Both the position numbers and the translations under genes were made by a program. DNA of 64,000 nucleotides from Amoebophrya sp. A120. Lineage: Eukaryota; Protista; Dinoflagellata. The notes below the pieces were generated by a model, which worked only from the letters and a program-made list of their open reading frames with translations, searched no databases and had not been told where the DNA came from. The first letter of the stretch is position 1, and every line of letters begins with the position of its first letter. Positions 20,414-33,500 of this stretch are shown in pieces. The stretch is taken from positions 2,251,065 through 2,315,064 of the forward strand of contig CAJINV010000003.1 in NCBI GenBank assembly GCA_905178155.1. Reading direction: 5' to 3'.

Positions 20414-22080
20414 TACGGGGAAGAAAACTCGTCTGCCATCACTTGCAAAGTGTTCATGTAATTTCTTTCAAAAGAATGAAGTCTATTTCTATTGATTTGC
20501 ATGGGTCCAAGCCAAAAGATGGTTCGTTTCTGCCAGCGAAGAGGGCGGTCTTTTTTTGGTGCACGACAACGGACGTGGCTGTTACTCAGGCGGTCTTCTG
20601 CGATCGCAATGGTGTGCGGGTCGGACCTTGTCAAGAAACAAACTGAAACTTCTCGTCCTCACACCGCAGCTGCAATTTGCTTCTTTATTTTATCGGGAGC
20701 TGACCGACCATGTATCAAATAAAGAATTCTATTGATGGGTATATAATCATATCAGCATTTCACATGAGAACTCTAAACATCAAGATCGCGTTTCAAACGC
20801 GTGAGAGTCTTGCTCTGCAAGAAATCCACATCAGGAAGAACTTTTTTTTCGTTTTCTCGGGGAGTATATCTTGCTGTAAGAAGTTGAAGTTCAAGCATCT
20901 GAATGCCGATAGGGGGAATCAGCTCTAAGACGTACCTAAAGTAGTTTGTATAGGGTGTATAAACGTAGGAACTAGTATTCAGATCGTTTATAATTATCTA
21001 TATCTTCATTGTCGCCAAAATTCTACATAGAGAGCTACACACCGTAGGATTTATTGGTTCAGGTTCTTGCGTACTTCTACAGATAGCATCGCCTCCTCCA
21101 TCCTGGCTTTCCGGTCGCCACCAGAAAAATCTCCACATAGAAGGTGGCAAAGAACCGTGACGTCGTCACTAGAACAGACTCGTCGTTCTAGAAACTTCTT
21201 CTCCTGTTGCTATAGCCCCTTGTAAGTGTATGTGTAACTACATTGGATTCACAATGCTTAAGCTGCTCTTTCAATCGTTTCCCATATCATAGTCGTACCT
21301 CTAATTCATTGAAGTATTCATTAGATGTCTCGAGAAAAACTCTAATCGTTTCTGCCAACAACACTAGTACCAGTGAGTTAGAAGATACAGTGCCGGTCTG
21401 CGAGATGCAAAACCTGCACGCAGACATCGTAAAGATACAGCCAAATATCGACGGATTTGATAGCGGAGTTGAACTTTGTCGGTCCTTTCGTTACGAGTAC
21501 CTGTAAGCATAGTGATGTAGCGATGGTGTCACCAACAATTTGACCACGAAACAGACGCCCTTGCCTCAAGGATGATCATGTTGATGTTCATGACGAAATC
21601 TTGATGTAATAAATCGAGGTCGAGGATGAAAAAAAGGCAAATGAATAAATACCAGGAAAATAGTGAAAACCGTGGCCGAGATTCGAGCAGCAGTTAGATC
21701 CTGCCGCGAAGGTCGAGATTTTTTCGTACAGCGGAAAATTGTCACCGCTTAAGTTTTTCGTTCGATTGAAACTTGTCCTATTTCAATTCCTCGGAGCATA
21801 TTACCTGGAAAAATATGTCGTCAACCGGGTCGCCAGCAAAAGCATGAGTACAGTACTCATGACCGCCTATCGCGAATGCTACAGAAGCAAGAATAGCAAT
21901 CAATATTACCGTGGGACGAGAGAATTACATCTACAGTTGTACCACGCGACGCATAAACAATGGTACTTTAATGGTAACTAAGCACCACGAACGCCGCACA
22001 GGAATAAAGAGTACTACTATACCGAATAGGTTGTTCGAAACGAGTCTTTCGTTCGAAGTAGCATCGCTTGTCGAAGGAGT

Positions 22081-23999
22081 TCAAAAAGAGTCCGCTGTCA
22101 GGTGGTCGTTCGGTCGTACCGAGTCCAGATCCGGTTCGAGCAAGTACGTTATGACCTTGCGCAGCTCCCCCTCCCCCGCATTTGCATTTCATAGAAGGCA
22201 TTGCAAACTAACACCAGCGCACGAAGAACATGTCGAGCAGCGGCCCTGCTCGCATGCCAAGTTCAGGCACCAAGTGCCGGTGTCCTAGTACTGTTCTTTG
22301 GGCAGGATCCCGATGATTTTAGTACCATGCAAGGATAATTGCCACCAGCCAGCAACTGGATAGGAATCCAATTGATTCTTGTTTGGGACTTTGCATGACA
22401 ATTGAGGGTAAGAGGTGGGAGTTGTGCTTTCTCATATACGTCAGGGGAAACTTGCCCTCGGGATCCATGGCAGTCAACACCGAGCTCCGGATATCCCTGA
22501 GAAAAAAGCAGGCAGGGGCAGGGCAGCTAATGCAAAAATAAATACACAGAAAAATCTGTCATGGGCGACCCCATAGCACCCTGCTTAGGTGGATGCGCAG
22601 TGTATTTATTTTTGCATTACAAGTATGACCTGCCTGCTTTTTTCTGTGGGATACCGGACCTGCATCCGCGCACCGCCGGACACGGCGGCCATGTCCTGTG
22701 GATACCGGAACTCCTGCAGTCCGGGACCGCGGGAGTTCCTTATGGAGTGCAAACATTTCTGGATCTGGAAACTTGTAATGCTGGGTTGGGAGTAGTGAAT
22801 GCTCTGTAATGGTGAACAGCCAAGCATGAGAAAATATATCTGCGCTGCTTAGTGTTGCGTTTTCCGCATGACAAACTGCGTTTTTGCATGACAAGTAAAG
22901 GGGTCTCTCTTTGACCACGCATCACAAACTCTTCAGTCATGCCAGACAAGCATGACAAACCTTGCATCCTTTCAGACCCAGACATATTTGCGGTTGATAT
23001 CCCTCGGGACGAGCACATTCTGGTTCGCGAACTCCAGAGACACCCCGTCCTGTTCGGTTCCCAAGTCCCACTGCTCCACGGACCCCTCGCCGAAAAAATT
23101 CATGGGATACTCGTGGACGGGCTTGCGGTAGTACAAGGTACGTCCCGTGAGGCTGCAATAAAAGGGCACTCCCTGCCACTTTGCGGCCCCTGGGCGTATC
23201 GGGTTGAACAGAAACTCGCGCAAACCGTTGTTCTCCATCGGCACCTCCGGCTGCGTCGAGCACAACTCCTTGATCAACTGGCCAGACACCTCGCACTTGT
23301 CCAACGAGTACAGGTCCCACCACTTGTCCTGCGCCAGCAGGACCACATCCCGCTGCATGGCGGACAAAATGCACCCCGTCTTGTGGGTGTGCTCGGTTGA
23401 CGCCAGATTCTTATTCCGCGGTGCAAACAGGACCAGGTCGGGGAAATAAATTTTATCAGTCGAGTAAAAACTAGCTGTGTCTTTATATTTATCTTGTTCA
23501 CATGATGGCAGAGAAACAAAAGGATTTTGCAATGCAGCCAACAGCTAAAAAAGTAATTTTGATTTCGATGTGTGTAAAAATAGTATAGTCCCGATTTACC
23601 ATAACAAATCACAGATTTTAGTCATGCGTATCGTGCAAAACAATGAGCAAATCTTCACGTCTTTCCCTAGTCCTGCAGTAGTTGCGGTGAATAAATCTTT
23701 TCCAGAAGTTCTGCTTGCGCTTCATCCACAGGAACAGACCATGCCTGCCCCCACGGAATCATGGTTCCCTTTCCCCCACGTCCGATGCTATCGTTGCCCC
23801 GACCGTCGCGTCTCTTTCCCATGCCCTCGCCCTGTCCGAGACCCCCTTTTCCAGCTGCATCTGCTTCCGACGCCGCGCCCATGCTGTTTTCGAGGCCCTT
23901 TCCACCGGCTGCGCCGGACTGGGACTTGCCTCGTCCTTGTCCTCCCGCACGAGCGGGGGGAATGCACTGCGTCGCGAGGCTAGTAACAATATCCTGCAT
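22081..23999 (-). CDS. Hypothetical protein interrupted by four TAT..ATA element introns
   Basis: Exons 23999-23694, 23448-23000, 22735-22654, 22486-22437, 22144-22081 give one frame (..LLEKIYFPDLVLF..VPRDSRGPGLQEF..MQVRSSVLTAMDPEGKFPLTYLLEPDL..DSF*). The 3' end could continue through further exons. Confidence 0.7.
22150..22436. mobile_element. Introner-type intron, family F
   Basis: Imperfect TIR tatgaccttgcgcagctccccctc / tatgagaaagcacaactcccacctc. Direct repeat tacgt at 22145-22149 and 22437-22441. Removal restores the frame. Confidence 0.8.
22492..22653. mobile_element. Introner-type intron, family B (long ~55-bp TIR)
   Basis: tatccctgagaaaaaagcaggcagg...taatgcaaaaataaatacac inverted at both ends. 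Direct repeat ccgga at 22487-22491 and 22654-22658. Confidence 0.9.
22741..22999. mobile_element. Introner-type intron, family A (diverged)
   Basis: tatggagtgcaaacatttctggatctggaa...ttcagacccagacatatttgcggttgata. Direct repeat ttcct/tccct (1 mismatch). Removal restores the frame. Confidence 0.82.
23454..23693. mobile_element. Introner-type intron with degenerate TIR
   Basis: TAT..ATA ends and direct repeat aattt/aatct. Removing 245 nt joins ORF 23667-23999 to ORF 22972-23541 in frame. Confidence 0.7.
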
Positions 24000-25619
24000 T
24001 GCGCCAGTTTTTGCTTACCGTCACTTACAATAAGAGATAATTGATTTTTATTAGTTTATATACAAATGCGAGAACGCTTAGATACGAATTTATTAATCAG
24101 GAGTATACCCTTTGTACCAGAACAAGAAAACAACCACGCAGTACCGAAGAAGGCGCTTTCACCCTGCCTTTGATATTTTTATTTGTATCTGAGAAAACCG
24201 TATGTGATGTACTCCCACGCACAGTGTTGACAGGTCCGAACTGATTTGCTAACGTCGCAACGAGCTTCGAACTAGCTAGTACTGTAGTCACCACTAAAAT
24301 CTAAGCAAAGCTACCTGCTATAGTACGTTGATTCAATTGATGTTGATCATGAATTGTGTACACTATACTCCTTTGAGGTGTGACTGGATGCCATCCAGCC
24401 CAATCGCAGGTCCATGCGCAAAAAAAACAATCAAGACAGCAAGAAACGCACGCAGACATAGTGTTTCTTGATCTTGTTTTGTAGTTTCTGTTGACAGATA
24501 ACGTTGTAGCACACTTCCGCTTCCTAGCTTGCAATTAGTGCGTGACAACTTCTGAAATCTGCAAAGTTTCGCCTTGCATGCAAGCCACTTTGGAGATACA
24601 GGCGAATTCTCTTCTGTCACGCAAGATGAATATCGGCGCGCTTTCGGTTTTTTCTTAAGCTTACTTTGCTGTCACACGAACACTCAGAAAAACCCAACCA
24701 CATTGCTTTCCTTTCATTTCTTTATCTTGCGCCCTTGTTGTAACATGTGAGATTATAGAAGTTTCGACAATGATTGGACTCTGTTATTTGCATCCTTGTG
24801 CCTTTTGCAGAAAAATTGCGAGAAAAGAATCAGATGACAATGTGGTACGAAAGAGCGACAACGTTGTCGATAAAAAAGCACGTTGGCTCTTCAGTATCAT
24901 AAGGTCATTTTCAGAAAAAAAGTGAGACAGTAAGGCAGATGGTGGATTTACGCGAAATCGAAAACGAAATCCTTGAAGGGTAGATATAATTCTATTCGCC
25001 GCACGGAGTGAAACTTGCTCTGAGGACGTCAGACCATCCCTACTCGCTTTCAGGGTATAAAAGCAAAGAGAAATAACGGCTCCAGGACCATTTTGCTCGT
25101 AAAAAGAGTCCTCGACAGCCGTTCGTAGGAAGATAAAAGTCGCCTGCTGTGAAGTCATCTTTCCAGCTAATTGCTACTGAGAGCAGTGCAGCCAAAGACG
25201 CCCAAAAATTTTGTTCTGAAAACGTAGACTTTTATTTGACGATGCCGCTTAAACGTGGATCTTGATGTTCTGTTGCTCTAGTAGTCCGAGGCCCTTTTTT
25301 TCACGCGAGGTGCAGGGGCGTCCTATCGTCATCGGGCACCAGCTTCCTACGATGAAAAACCGCCTATGCTATGATGCTGCACGGTCTTGTGTCGCGACGA
25401 ATGTAAGGTTTTGCACTGAATATTATAGGGAGTAGTTCTTCTCTGTGCATCTTCTATCTTCCACAAGATGTTGTATGACAACAAACTACTCCAAGTTCTT
25501 ACAGCAGCGCAATCGGCGGATAAAGAATGAAAACCCGCGAGTGCTGCCCCCGAAGAGGGTTCTACTTTAGGACGTCGGACCCTCAATTATGCGGCGTAGC
25601 AGAAAAACGAATGCAAGGT

Positions 25620-28600
25620 TTATGCGTCGTCCTCGTCCTCCTCGTCGTCTTCGTCCCCCTCCTCGTCGGAGCCGGGCTCCGCTTCCGGGGGCGGGCGGAG
25701 GAAGTGGACGAAGGGGGTGACCTGGAAGATAACGTCCATGCGCCCCGGCGTGTCGTCGTCGACGTCGTCAAACCACGTGAGCACGTCCTCCTCGGAGATG
25801 ATCTCCTTGGAGTACAGCTCCCAGAAGAAGGATTCAATCACTGCGGTTTCCGCGTTGTAGTCCGGGAGCTTCTTCGTGGCCGGGTTGCGCATCTCCGCCA
25901 TCACCCGCGTGCTGGCGTACAGCAATTCAATCGCGTTCACGCTGTCCCCGGCCGTGGACAAAAGTTTCAGCAGCGCGGCCTTGCTGCTTTCCACGTAATG
26001 GATCATCTCGTCCTCCGTGAATGCGGTGAACAAAATCTTCTGGCAGAACAGCAGCAGTGCATAGTACACGTTCTTCTCCAGCACTTCGCCCTCCGGGAAA
26101 AAGTTCGTGGCGTCGAACTTCTCCGCGCTCAAAGACCCGGGAAAGCTGGACTTCAACTGTGTTATAAGGAGTTAGTTTGTAGTGTGCGTGCAGAGATTAT
26201 TATAGCTCATGATGTTGACCAACTTCAATATAAATCTGAAAGTACGCGAAATTTTCATCTACTTCCGATTGAGCCATTTTGGAATTGCTTTAGAGCGCAG
26301 CGTGATCATGGTACTTATGCAAAAGCTTAAGTGGTTTTTGCTCCGATAGCCGCGGCGCAGCTGATGCACCAGTGAGTACTAGTACAACTAGACTACATGT
26401 AGTACCTGTTCTTCGAATTTTGCCATCAGCACTGCGTCGTGATTTGTCGTGAACCTGGTTTTGCGAACCTTCATGAGCTCCTTGCGAAGCTTCTCGTCTG
26501 CCTGTTTCTGTCGTTTTGCCTCCGCAGCGGCAAGTCTCATCTTTTCACTTTCTTCGAAGCCCGCATCCATTTTCCTCTGTTTCTGCGCATCCAGCTCTGC
26601 TTGAACTGCAATAAATTGTTGCGATTTTTAATGTTTGTAAAACTGTATTAATGTAAGTACTTGCTGAAAAAAGGGCGCCAAAAAGAAAGACAAGTGTCGT
26701 TGTATGCAAATTATTGTCGTGCAACACGAAAAATCAGAATCAGTTTAATACTTGCGTTTTTCTTCGCATGCATTTCCTCCTCCGCGGCTCTGATTGCGGC
26801 CCTCTCTGCCAGCTCAGCTTCCCGTGCGGCCCGTTTCTCCTCCTGCTCTTTTTTTCTCTTCTCTATCCTGTGTAAAAACGTCCCCACCCCATAGTTGCAA
26901 TGCAAATCTGCATGCTGAAAATGTTTCTCATGCGGAGCCCCATGAGAGGCATTTTCTAATGGTGTTTTGAGATTTGTCATGCTCCAATCAGCATGAGAGA
27001 CTAGATCTGTAGTGCTGCTGAACTAGCTCAAACAGCACTACACTACGCGTCCAGATTTGTCATGCGAAACAGCCAAAGCTTGTGGATTTGTCTAGCCGAT
27101 TCCCCATCTTGACTATGGGGTGGGGACGTTTTTAAATAGGATATTCTCCTCGGCTTCCATAGCGGCACGCTTCGCGGGAGGCATGTAGCCGCCGGCGCTC
27201 TTTGACCCTTGACTGGTGGAGGTGGTCTTTACCAGTGGCTTGGACTCGGACAGCGGCTTCGATTCGGTTTTCTGCGACAGCTCCTCCGTCTCGCTTTCCT
27301 TGCCCTTGGCGTCTCCTTCCGTGTCCGGTTTCTCGCTCGCCTCCTCCGACTGCTCCTCGGATTCGTCCTCCTCGGCTGCCTCCTGCTCGGACTCGCTATT
27401 TTCATCCGAGTCCACCGCCGCATACCGGTTCACGGTCTTCCCCGGGAGCTTCTCCGTTTTGTCGGTAGCCTTCTCTTATGCATTGCAAATAGGTCTGGGG
27501 CTGGAAACTTATCATGTTGCAGCTGGGTGGCGTATCATGAGGAGTAGACCACAGCAGGTGGCTCAGCATGACAAGAAGTTTCTGAGCCTATCTAGGTGTA
27601 GTTGCGTAGTTTGCATGACAGACTGCGTCTCTGCATGGCAGAAAAATGGGGCCGCTTTTGGGTAACGTGCATGACAGTCATTTGAGAGTCTTGCTAGCCG
27701 AGCATGACAAACCACTTGCATTTTTGTTTTTCCTGACCCAGACATATTTCCAATGCATATCTCTACCCCCTTGGTAGGCTTCCCGGTCTTTATCATGGTG
27801 AACCCGTCGTCCGCAGCCTCCTCTTGAATGTCGTCGACTGAGAGAAGTAGAAAAAGGGAGGAATGTACAGGTAAAATAATTCGAGGGACTGATTGTAGTC
27901 CTGAAAAAAAACTTATCCAAAAAATATGAATCACTCCTATCATGTGTTCTTGAAACAAGCAAGTGTTTTTATTCGCTGGAACCATCACTTAGCAAAATTA
28001 TACCCATCGTAATACCTCCTTCCGGCTTGGTATTGGTGTTGCTTCGTCGAAGGGAACCGAAGTCTGCGTCCTTTTTCTCACTCTTCTCCTTTCCGCCCTT
28101 CCCGCCGCCTGCTGTACGGGACCGCCACCCTGAAAAATGAAACCATGTGAAGATCGAGGGTGAAGCAAAGTGAGATTCGAGTAAAAGCGGATGCGAGGAT
28201 GTAACAACTTCGCATGATATGAATCGGTTCTACTACGTAGAAGACGCAGTACCGCTTTGATGTTCCTGCTACTACCAAAAATGCACGGAAAATGTTGTCA
28301 ATGCGACGTTACTACCTTCTTCGCTTCCACGTCGGTCCCCCTTGCTGTCCTTGTTGCGAGCAGCCTCGCGGTCACGCCAGCCGCCGCCCCCTTCTTTCGG
28401 CTTTTCTCCGAGTCGCCAGGTGTCGGCCTCGTCCGCCTTGTTTGCGTCGCGCTCCGACATCTTTTTCTCTATGTCCACAGCTTTCGCGGACCCGAACGGA
28501 TTGCTCTTGCTCTTGTTGTCGCCGTCTGTGGTTGGAAAAAAAGATTTGAACAAGCACGTCAGTATTATTTTCATTTCTGTTCATATTCTTTGCAATCACG

Positions 28601-29662
28601 ACGCAAGTTTGCCGATCATTGTCTTTCTTTTGCCGAATAAATTGACGAGTCAGTTGTATTAGTGTGGAGATGTTGAAAACAAGAACCAGCTATATACCGT
28701 CCTTTGCGGAGTCCGCTCCCACCGTGCGGGGTTTGAGATTGAGTCTTGGACGCTGTTTGGGTGCCGACGAGTCTTCGTCGCGACCGCTGCTGGCGCCACC
28801 CCGCCAGGACTCTGTGCGGCCGAAGCCGGCGCCGCCGCCGCGACCGAAGTTGTCTTCACGACCCCCCGGGGGACTTTCCTTTTTGAACCAGTCGCCGGTA
28901 TCTGCTCGACCTAGTTGTTCTCCGTCGTCGTCATTCCGACGCCCTGCAAAAGAACAAATACGGTCTTAAGACAAGTACTGGTCGGTTTGTCGGTCCTCGG
29001 CATACAGAGTCAAAGCTCCAAACGACGAGCGGGCCTCCAACATGCAATGAATTGGCGATCGATGAAGAGGATCTCACAATATAGTTTCAGTGTGAAGACG
29101 AAAAGAAGAAAAACATTAGCCAATCATTTTCACATGTACGATAGTCAGAAAAATCATCAACATCTTCGATGTAGTACCAAAGCCGCCCCCGCGATCACGG
29201 TCTCCGCCGCCTCTTCCAAAACCGCCGCCACGGTCGCGGTCTCCGAAACCGCCACGGTCCCCGCCGAAGCCGCCGCCCTCGCGGCGCCACACACCTGTAT
29301 CCGCGGCGTCCCCGTCATCGCGCCCGCCACTGCCCCAGCGGTCCCCTCCCTTGCGCCCACCGTCCCGGTCGCCCTTGCCACCGCCTTTGGGGCCTGATGT
29401 AGGGTTTCAGTGATAGTTGTGATGCCTTGTTCATAATGGAAAAAAATCATGTTGCGGCCGTGGCCGTGCTCACCATCTTTCACTTTTCTGCTTCATTTTT
29501 TTTGTTGGATTTTTTTTTCATGCATCATGAAAAAAATCATTTTCAAAGTAAACCTTTTTGCAACGCCAGACCCTCGGAGGCACTGGGCAAGGCAGACTTC
29601 GCGAGCTCGTCTCCAGCGAACTCATGGAGCGTCAGAGTCTTCTTCTTCGCTTTCGGCGGCAT
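25620..29662 (-). CDS. eIF4B-like protein with C-terminal W2 (eIF4G/eIF5/eIF2Be) domain; 10 exons
   Basis: N-terminus MPPKAKKKTLTLHEF, GGDRDRGGGF repeats, and RPRLNLKPRT and SNPFGSAKAVD (eIF4B motifs). C-terminus ELYSKEIISEEDVLTWF...VTPFVHFL plus acidic tail (W2). Exons 29662-29554, 29393-29178, 28943-28698, 28525-28316, 28129-28004, 27837-27760, 27471-27144, 26858-26752, 26605-26406, 26156-25620 join in frame. Confidence 0.78.
26864..27143. mobile_element. Introner-type intron, family C
   Basis: TIR tatcctgtgtaaaaacgtccccaccccatagt / actatggggtggggacgtttttaaataggata. Direct repeat ttctc. Removal gives ..EAEEKRKKEQ.. Confidence 0.92.
27477..27759. mobile_element. Introner-type intron, family A
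   Basis: TIR tatgcattgcaaataggtctggggctggaa / ttcctgacccagacatatttccaatgcata. Direct repeat tctct. Removal gives ..KGVEKATDK.. Confidence 0.92.
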
Positions 29663-30509
29663 GATTGTAAAATTTGGAATGCAAGATCGATTCTGAATCT
29701 ACAGAAAAGTCGTATCTGAATCTTACAATAGAAACTGAATTGATTGAAAAGTAAAAGCCGCTTTGGAACTACTTACACCCCCTTCAAAAAGCAGCCACTG
29801 TCAGGGAGATATTAGATAAAAGTGTAATCAGGTCATTTCACATACTACAGGAACATGGTTCATTTAGGATCAATTCTTCAGAGATGCCTTCAAAATGATC
29901 TTGGCAAAGCTTCTTGCCTTGTTCTGATCGACCATTTTCTTGTCCAGAAAGGAACAATCTGCTCATTGTGTGTAGAAGAGTCAGCGGAAAAACTGCTCTG
30001 TCTTCGGAAAGAGGAATATTAAAAGGGTGCTTTTATAATGAAAGGATGATGACGCCAACTCATATAATTTTAGGTTCATTTCTTTGCACTGTTGATCGGA
30101 AGTAGATCCATTCTTTGTATTTGTACAGATAGATTCTTTAGTGTAGTGAAGCGAAACGCATGCAGACATTATGTGCAGCAGTGGTTCTCAGTCACTGGTG
30201 GCTTTCATTTGAAAAAAAATTCCTATTTATTCCACTTGGTGTTGATAGGACTGTGCCATCGCTTTTCATTCAACAAAAAAGTATCGTGCCTAAAAACGAA
30301 ATCCACGACTACGCTTGTAAATTCGAAACAACTAGTACGCATGATGATGATCCGTACGAAACAACGACTATTCGTTTCCATATGATACTTTTTTTCCTTG
30401 GTAATTGCAGGTACTTGCCGGCGGGCAGTGTCGCGCCAGCACAGAGTAGTGTCACGGCTGCTGCTCTTGGTTCCTTGTGCCGCTACTTCATGCTACCTTC
30501 TGCGTGCCT

Positions 30510-33500
30510 CTACAAGGGCATTTCCGGCAGGTTCGCCATCTCGTTGCCCGCATGGTACAAGTTGTTGTAGGGCGAAATTGGGTTCGCTGGGAAGGGGCTC
30601 CCGATGTAGGTGTGGCGCTGCGTCGCTCCCGATTGCAACCCTGATCCTCCGAAACCATTTGTCGACAGACCGAGAAAGACGGTTCCGCTCTGACCACTCC
30701 CGGCCCCGCCCTGAATGCAGCCATTCCCGCCGGGTGCGGGACCCCAGCCCGCTCGGCACACGCAGGCAGTGCCATCCGCATTTCGGATTTCCCCCGGGCC
30801 GCTGCACTTTGCGACGCAAAACGAGTTCTGGCAGACCTCAATCGCACTGCACTGCGTCTTCCAGTTCTGCATCGTGCAAGGCGATCCTTGCGTGATGCCG
30901 CCGGGGTTGAAGCACACACCTGGGCTTCCGTTCAGCAGGTTGCACACCTGCGCTTCCGCTGGACAGTCGTCGTTTCCCGTGCACACTGTTTGGTGTTGTA
31001 ATATCAATAGACAAAAATTATGTTGCAGCTCTTTTAATACCATGATGTAATCGCTGTACGACCAGAGAAAACCACATGAAGAAGAAAACAGTTTTGCTTG
31101 CGCCCGGCATATTTGCTGTATACAACACAGGGGCTCATTCACTGAACGAAGCAGTAGGTAGTTGTACTTCTGCTGATGCACAAGGTAGGGTCGGACGCGC
31201 TGCGAAACTTTCCAAGTGGACAGGGCTCACAGACTCCCAGGTCCGCTGGGTCCTGTTGGTTGCAGAATTGCCAAGCTGCGCACTCGTTTACGGCAGTGGC
31301 TTTTCTGCAGGTGTTGAAAGAGGGGTTGCGATTCCGCTTCTGCATCATGGTCAAGAAGCCCGTGTAAGTTGCAAACTCCACCCCGGTCTTTTCGTCCAGG
31401 AGCACGGATGCCGAGGGTCCCTCCGCCTCCATAAACTTTCGGTTTATTTCGCGAATCAGATTCTTCTTCAACCCGGACACCACGTAGTCCGTGCTGGGGA
31501 TTACCTGTTTTTATACGGTTCTTTTCTGCACTTCTTCCTGGTAAAAAAATGAACACAGCAAACTCAAACAAAAGCAAGTATTCGAATAAACGAGAGGCAC
31601 CGGCAACATGTTTCTGTACCATGTCATCTTGCTCGTTGAGTTTCTGGCGGAGTCCTTGTGCGAGGGTGTCGTCGAGCTGTATGACGAAAGTCATGTCGGT
31701 GTAGTCTTTTGGAGTTGTTCCGGGCATCGCCCCGATCGGTAGCACCGTGGTGGTGGCCATGTTAAACAGCTTGCCGCCCGGTAAACTCATGAAACTGTCC
31801 ATGTATATTCTCGTTTTGGCCCCGAATCCGGTGTCGCTCAGACCGTCCGCGAGACCCCGCGCGAGCGCGTCCATAAGCGTTTCTGAGGTTAATTTTTTCG
31901 GATCACGATAAAAACGAGAAAACACGGCCATACCGACGTGCCCGTCCTCCAATCAAAAGTTTTTTTTAGTAACCATCTCGGATATTAGCTGTCACAACAT
32001 GCACAAAAACCCCAAAGCAAAATACTTATCAAAGCACAACAACACAACTATTTCAATTAAGTAGTCTTGTTCCCAAGAAGACTATATCAAATGCAAAAGT
32101 GTCTGGGTCTGGAAGAGGAAGAGTCATGCTGTTTCTGCATGACACAGAAGGTCTGGCATGAGAGCGCTAGCGTCACAGGTTTCGAGAAGCTTACGCAATA
32201 CCGAACCCGCATGACAAATCCCCCATTTTGGTGACAGAAAGTGAGCAGCTTTTGCTACCTATGCATGAGAGTTTTTTGTGTGTTCTGAAATGCGCATCAC
32301 AGGTTACATCCTTCCAGACCCAGACATTTTTACATTTGATAGACTATAACGTCAGTACGTTTTGTCTCGATCATGGTCCCGTCCCCCTTCATGAACTTGA
32401 GCCGCAGCAAGACGGTGACCTTCTGTTTTTCCGTGGAGGCGACGCCGCCGTCCCCGGGTGCCTTATCAAATGTAAAAGTGTCTGGGTCTGGAAGAATGCA
32501 ACTTGTCATGCTAAATCTGAATCAGGCAAAAAACTGTGTTGCATGATTGCCAAAGTTGTGCACTTTTGACCTAGTCGAGAGGTAGTTTCTCATGCAGGAT
32601 AGGCATTGGAAAGATTTCGCAGAATCTGTCATGCTATGTCCTACATACCAGACCTCATGGGTTATGGAAAACCTGCATGACAAATCTGGCAATCTTCCAG
32701 ACCCAGACACTTTTGCAATCCATATGCCTTGGTCGACTGCAGCTCCTGCGCGAAGCCCATGCACACGTCCTCGACGGACTCTATCGAAGGGAAAATCCCC
32801 CCTCTCCATATCGAAACGAAACTTCTGACGCTGGATCTGTGTACACAAGTCAGAGCTGTCTTGCTGGAGAGGGCTGCAGGCTCATACTGAGTGCGAGCAA
32901 AAAGGTTTTGGCCTAGGCGCTTTAGCATGAAAAACGTCCGCACTATAGGCCCAGCAGCATGACAAACCGCCTGCACAGTCTGGCGGACCCTGCGGAGTCG
33001 CCTTCTTGCAAGACAGACACGATTTGTGGCCACAAATCAGCATGACAAATTTCCAAAACTAAAAGTATACCTTTTCAGTATGGGGAGGGGGGATTTTTCC
33101 TTTTGATAGACTCCCCCTCGCGCACCCGGTAGCAGTCCCCCGGGTTCTTGTCGCAGGGCGCCAGCTTGGCGGCGTCGGTCATGGGGTTCGCGGCGCAGTC
33201 CGACGCCGAGGCGGGGGTTTTCCGCACCAACGTTATGAGGTTCTCAAACGTTAAATTCTCAACTGCTACATGGTTTGTCTTGCAAAATGACCATGACCCG
33301 CCAGACGATCAAGGTGCTTCGCATGACAAATTCTCGGAAGGCTAAATAGCACTGTAATCCGGATCAAACCTGTAATGCAAGACGCGCAAGGTTCTCCCTC
33401 TCACCTGTGCTAGTCTTGCATTACAAATTCATGTGACAGTTGAGAATGTAACGCTTGAGAACGCCATAAACGTCGCCGCCCGGTTCGGCACATCCATGGC

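Noticed and set aside
21050-21900. Possible extra exons downstream of the 22081-23999 gene
   Set aside because: Several GT/AG-bounded open segments exist, but no consistent phase chain could be built by hand.
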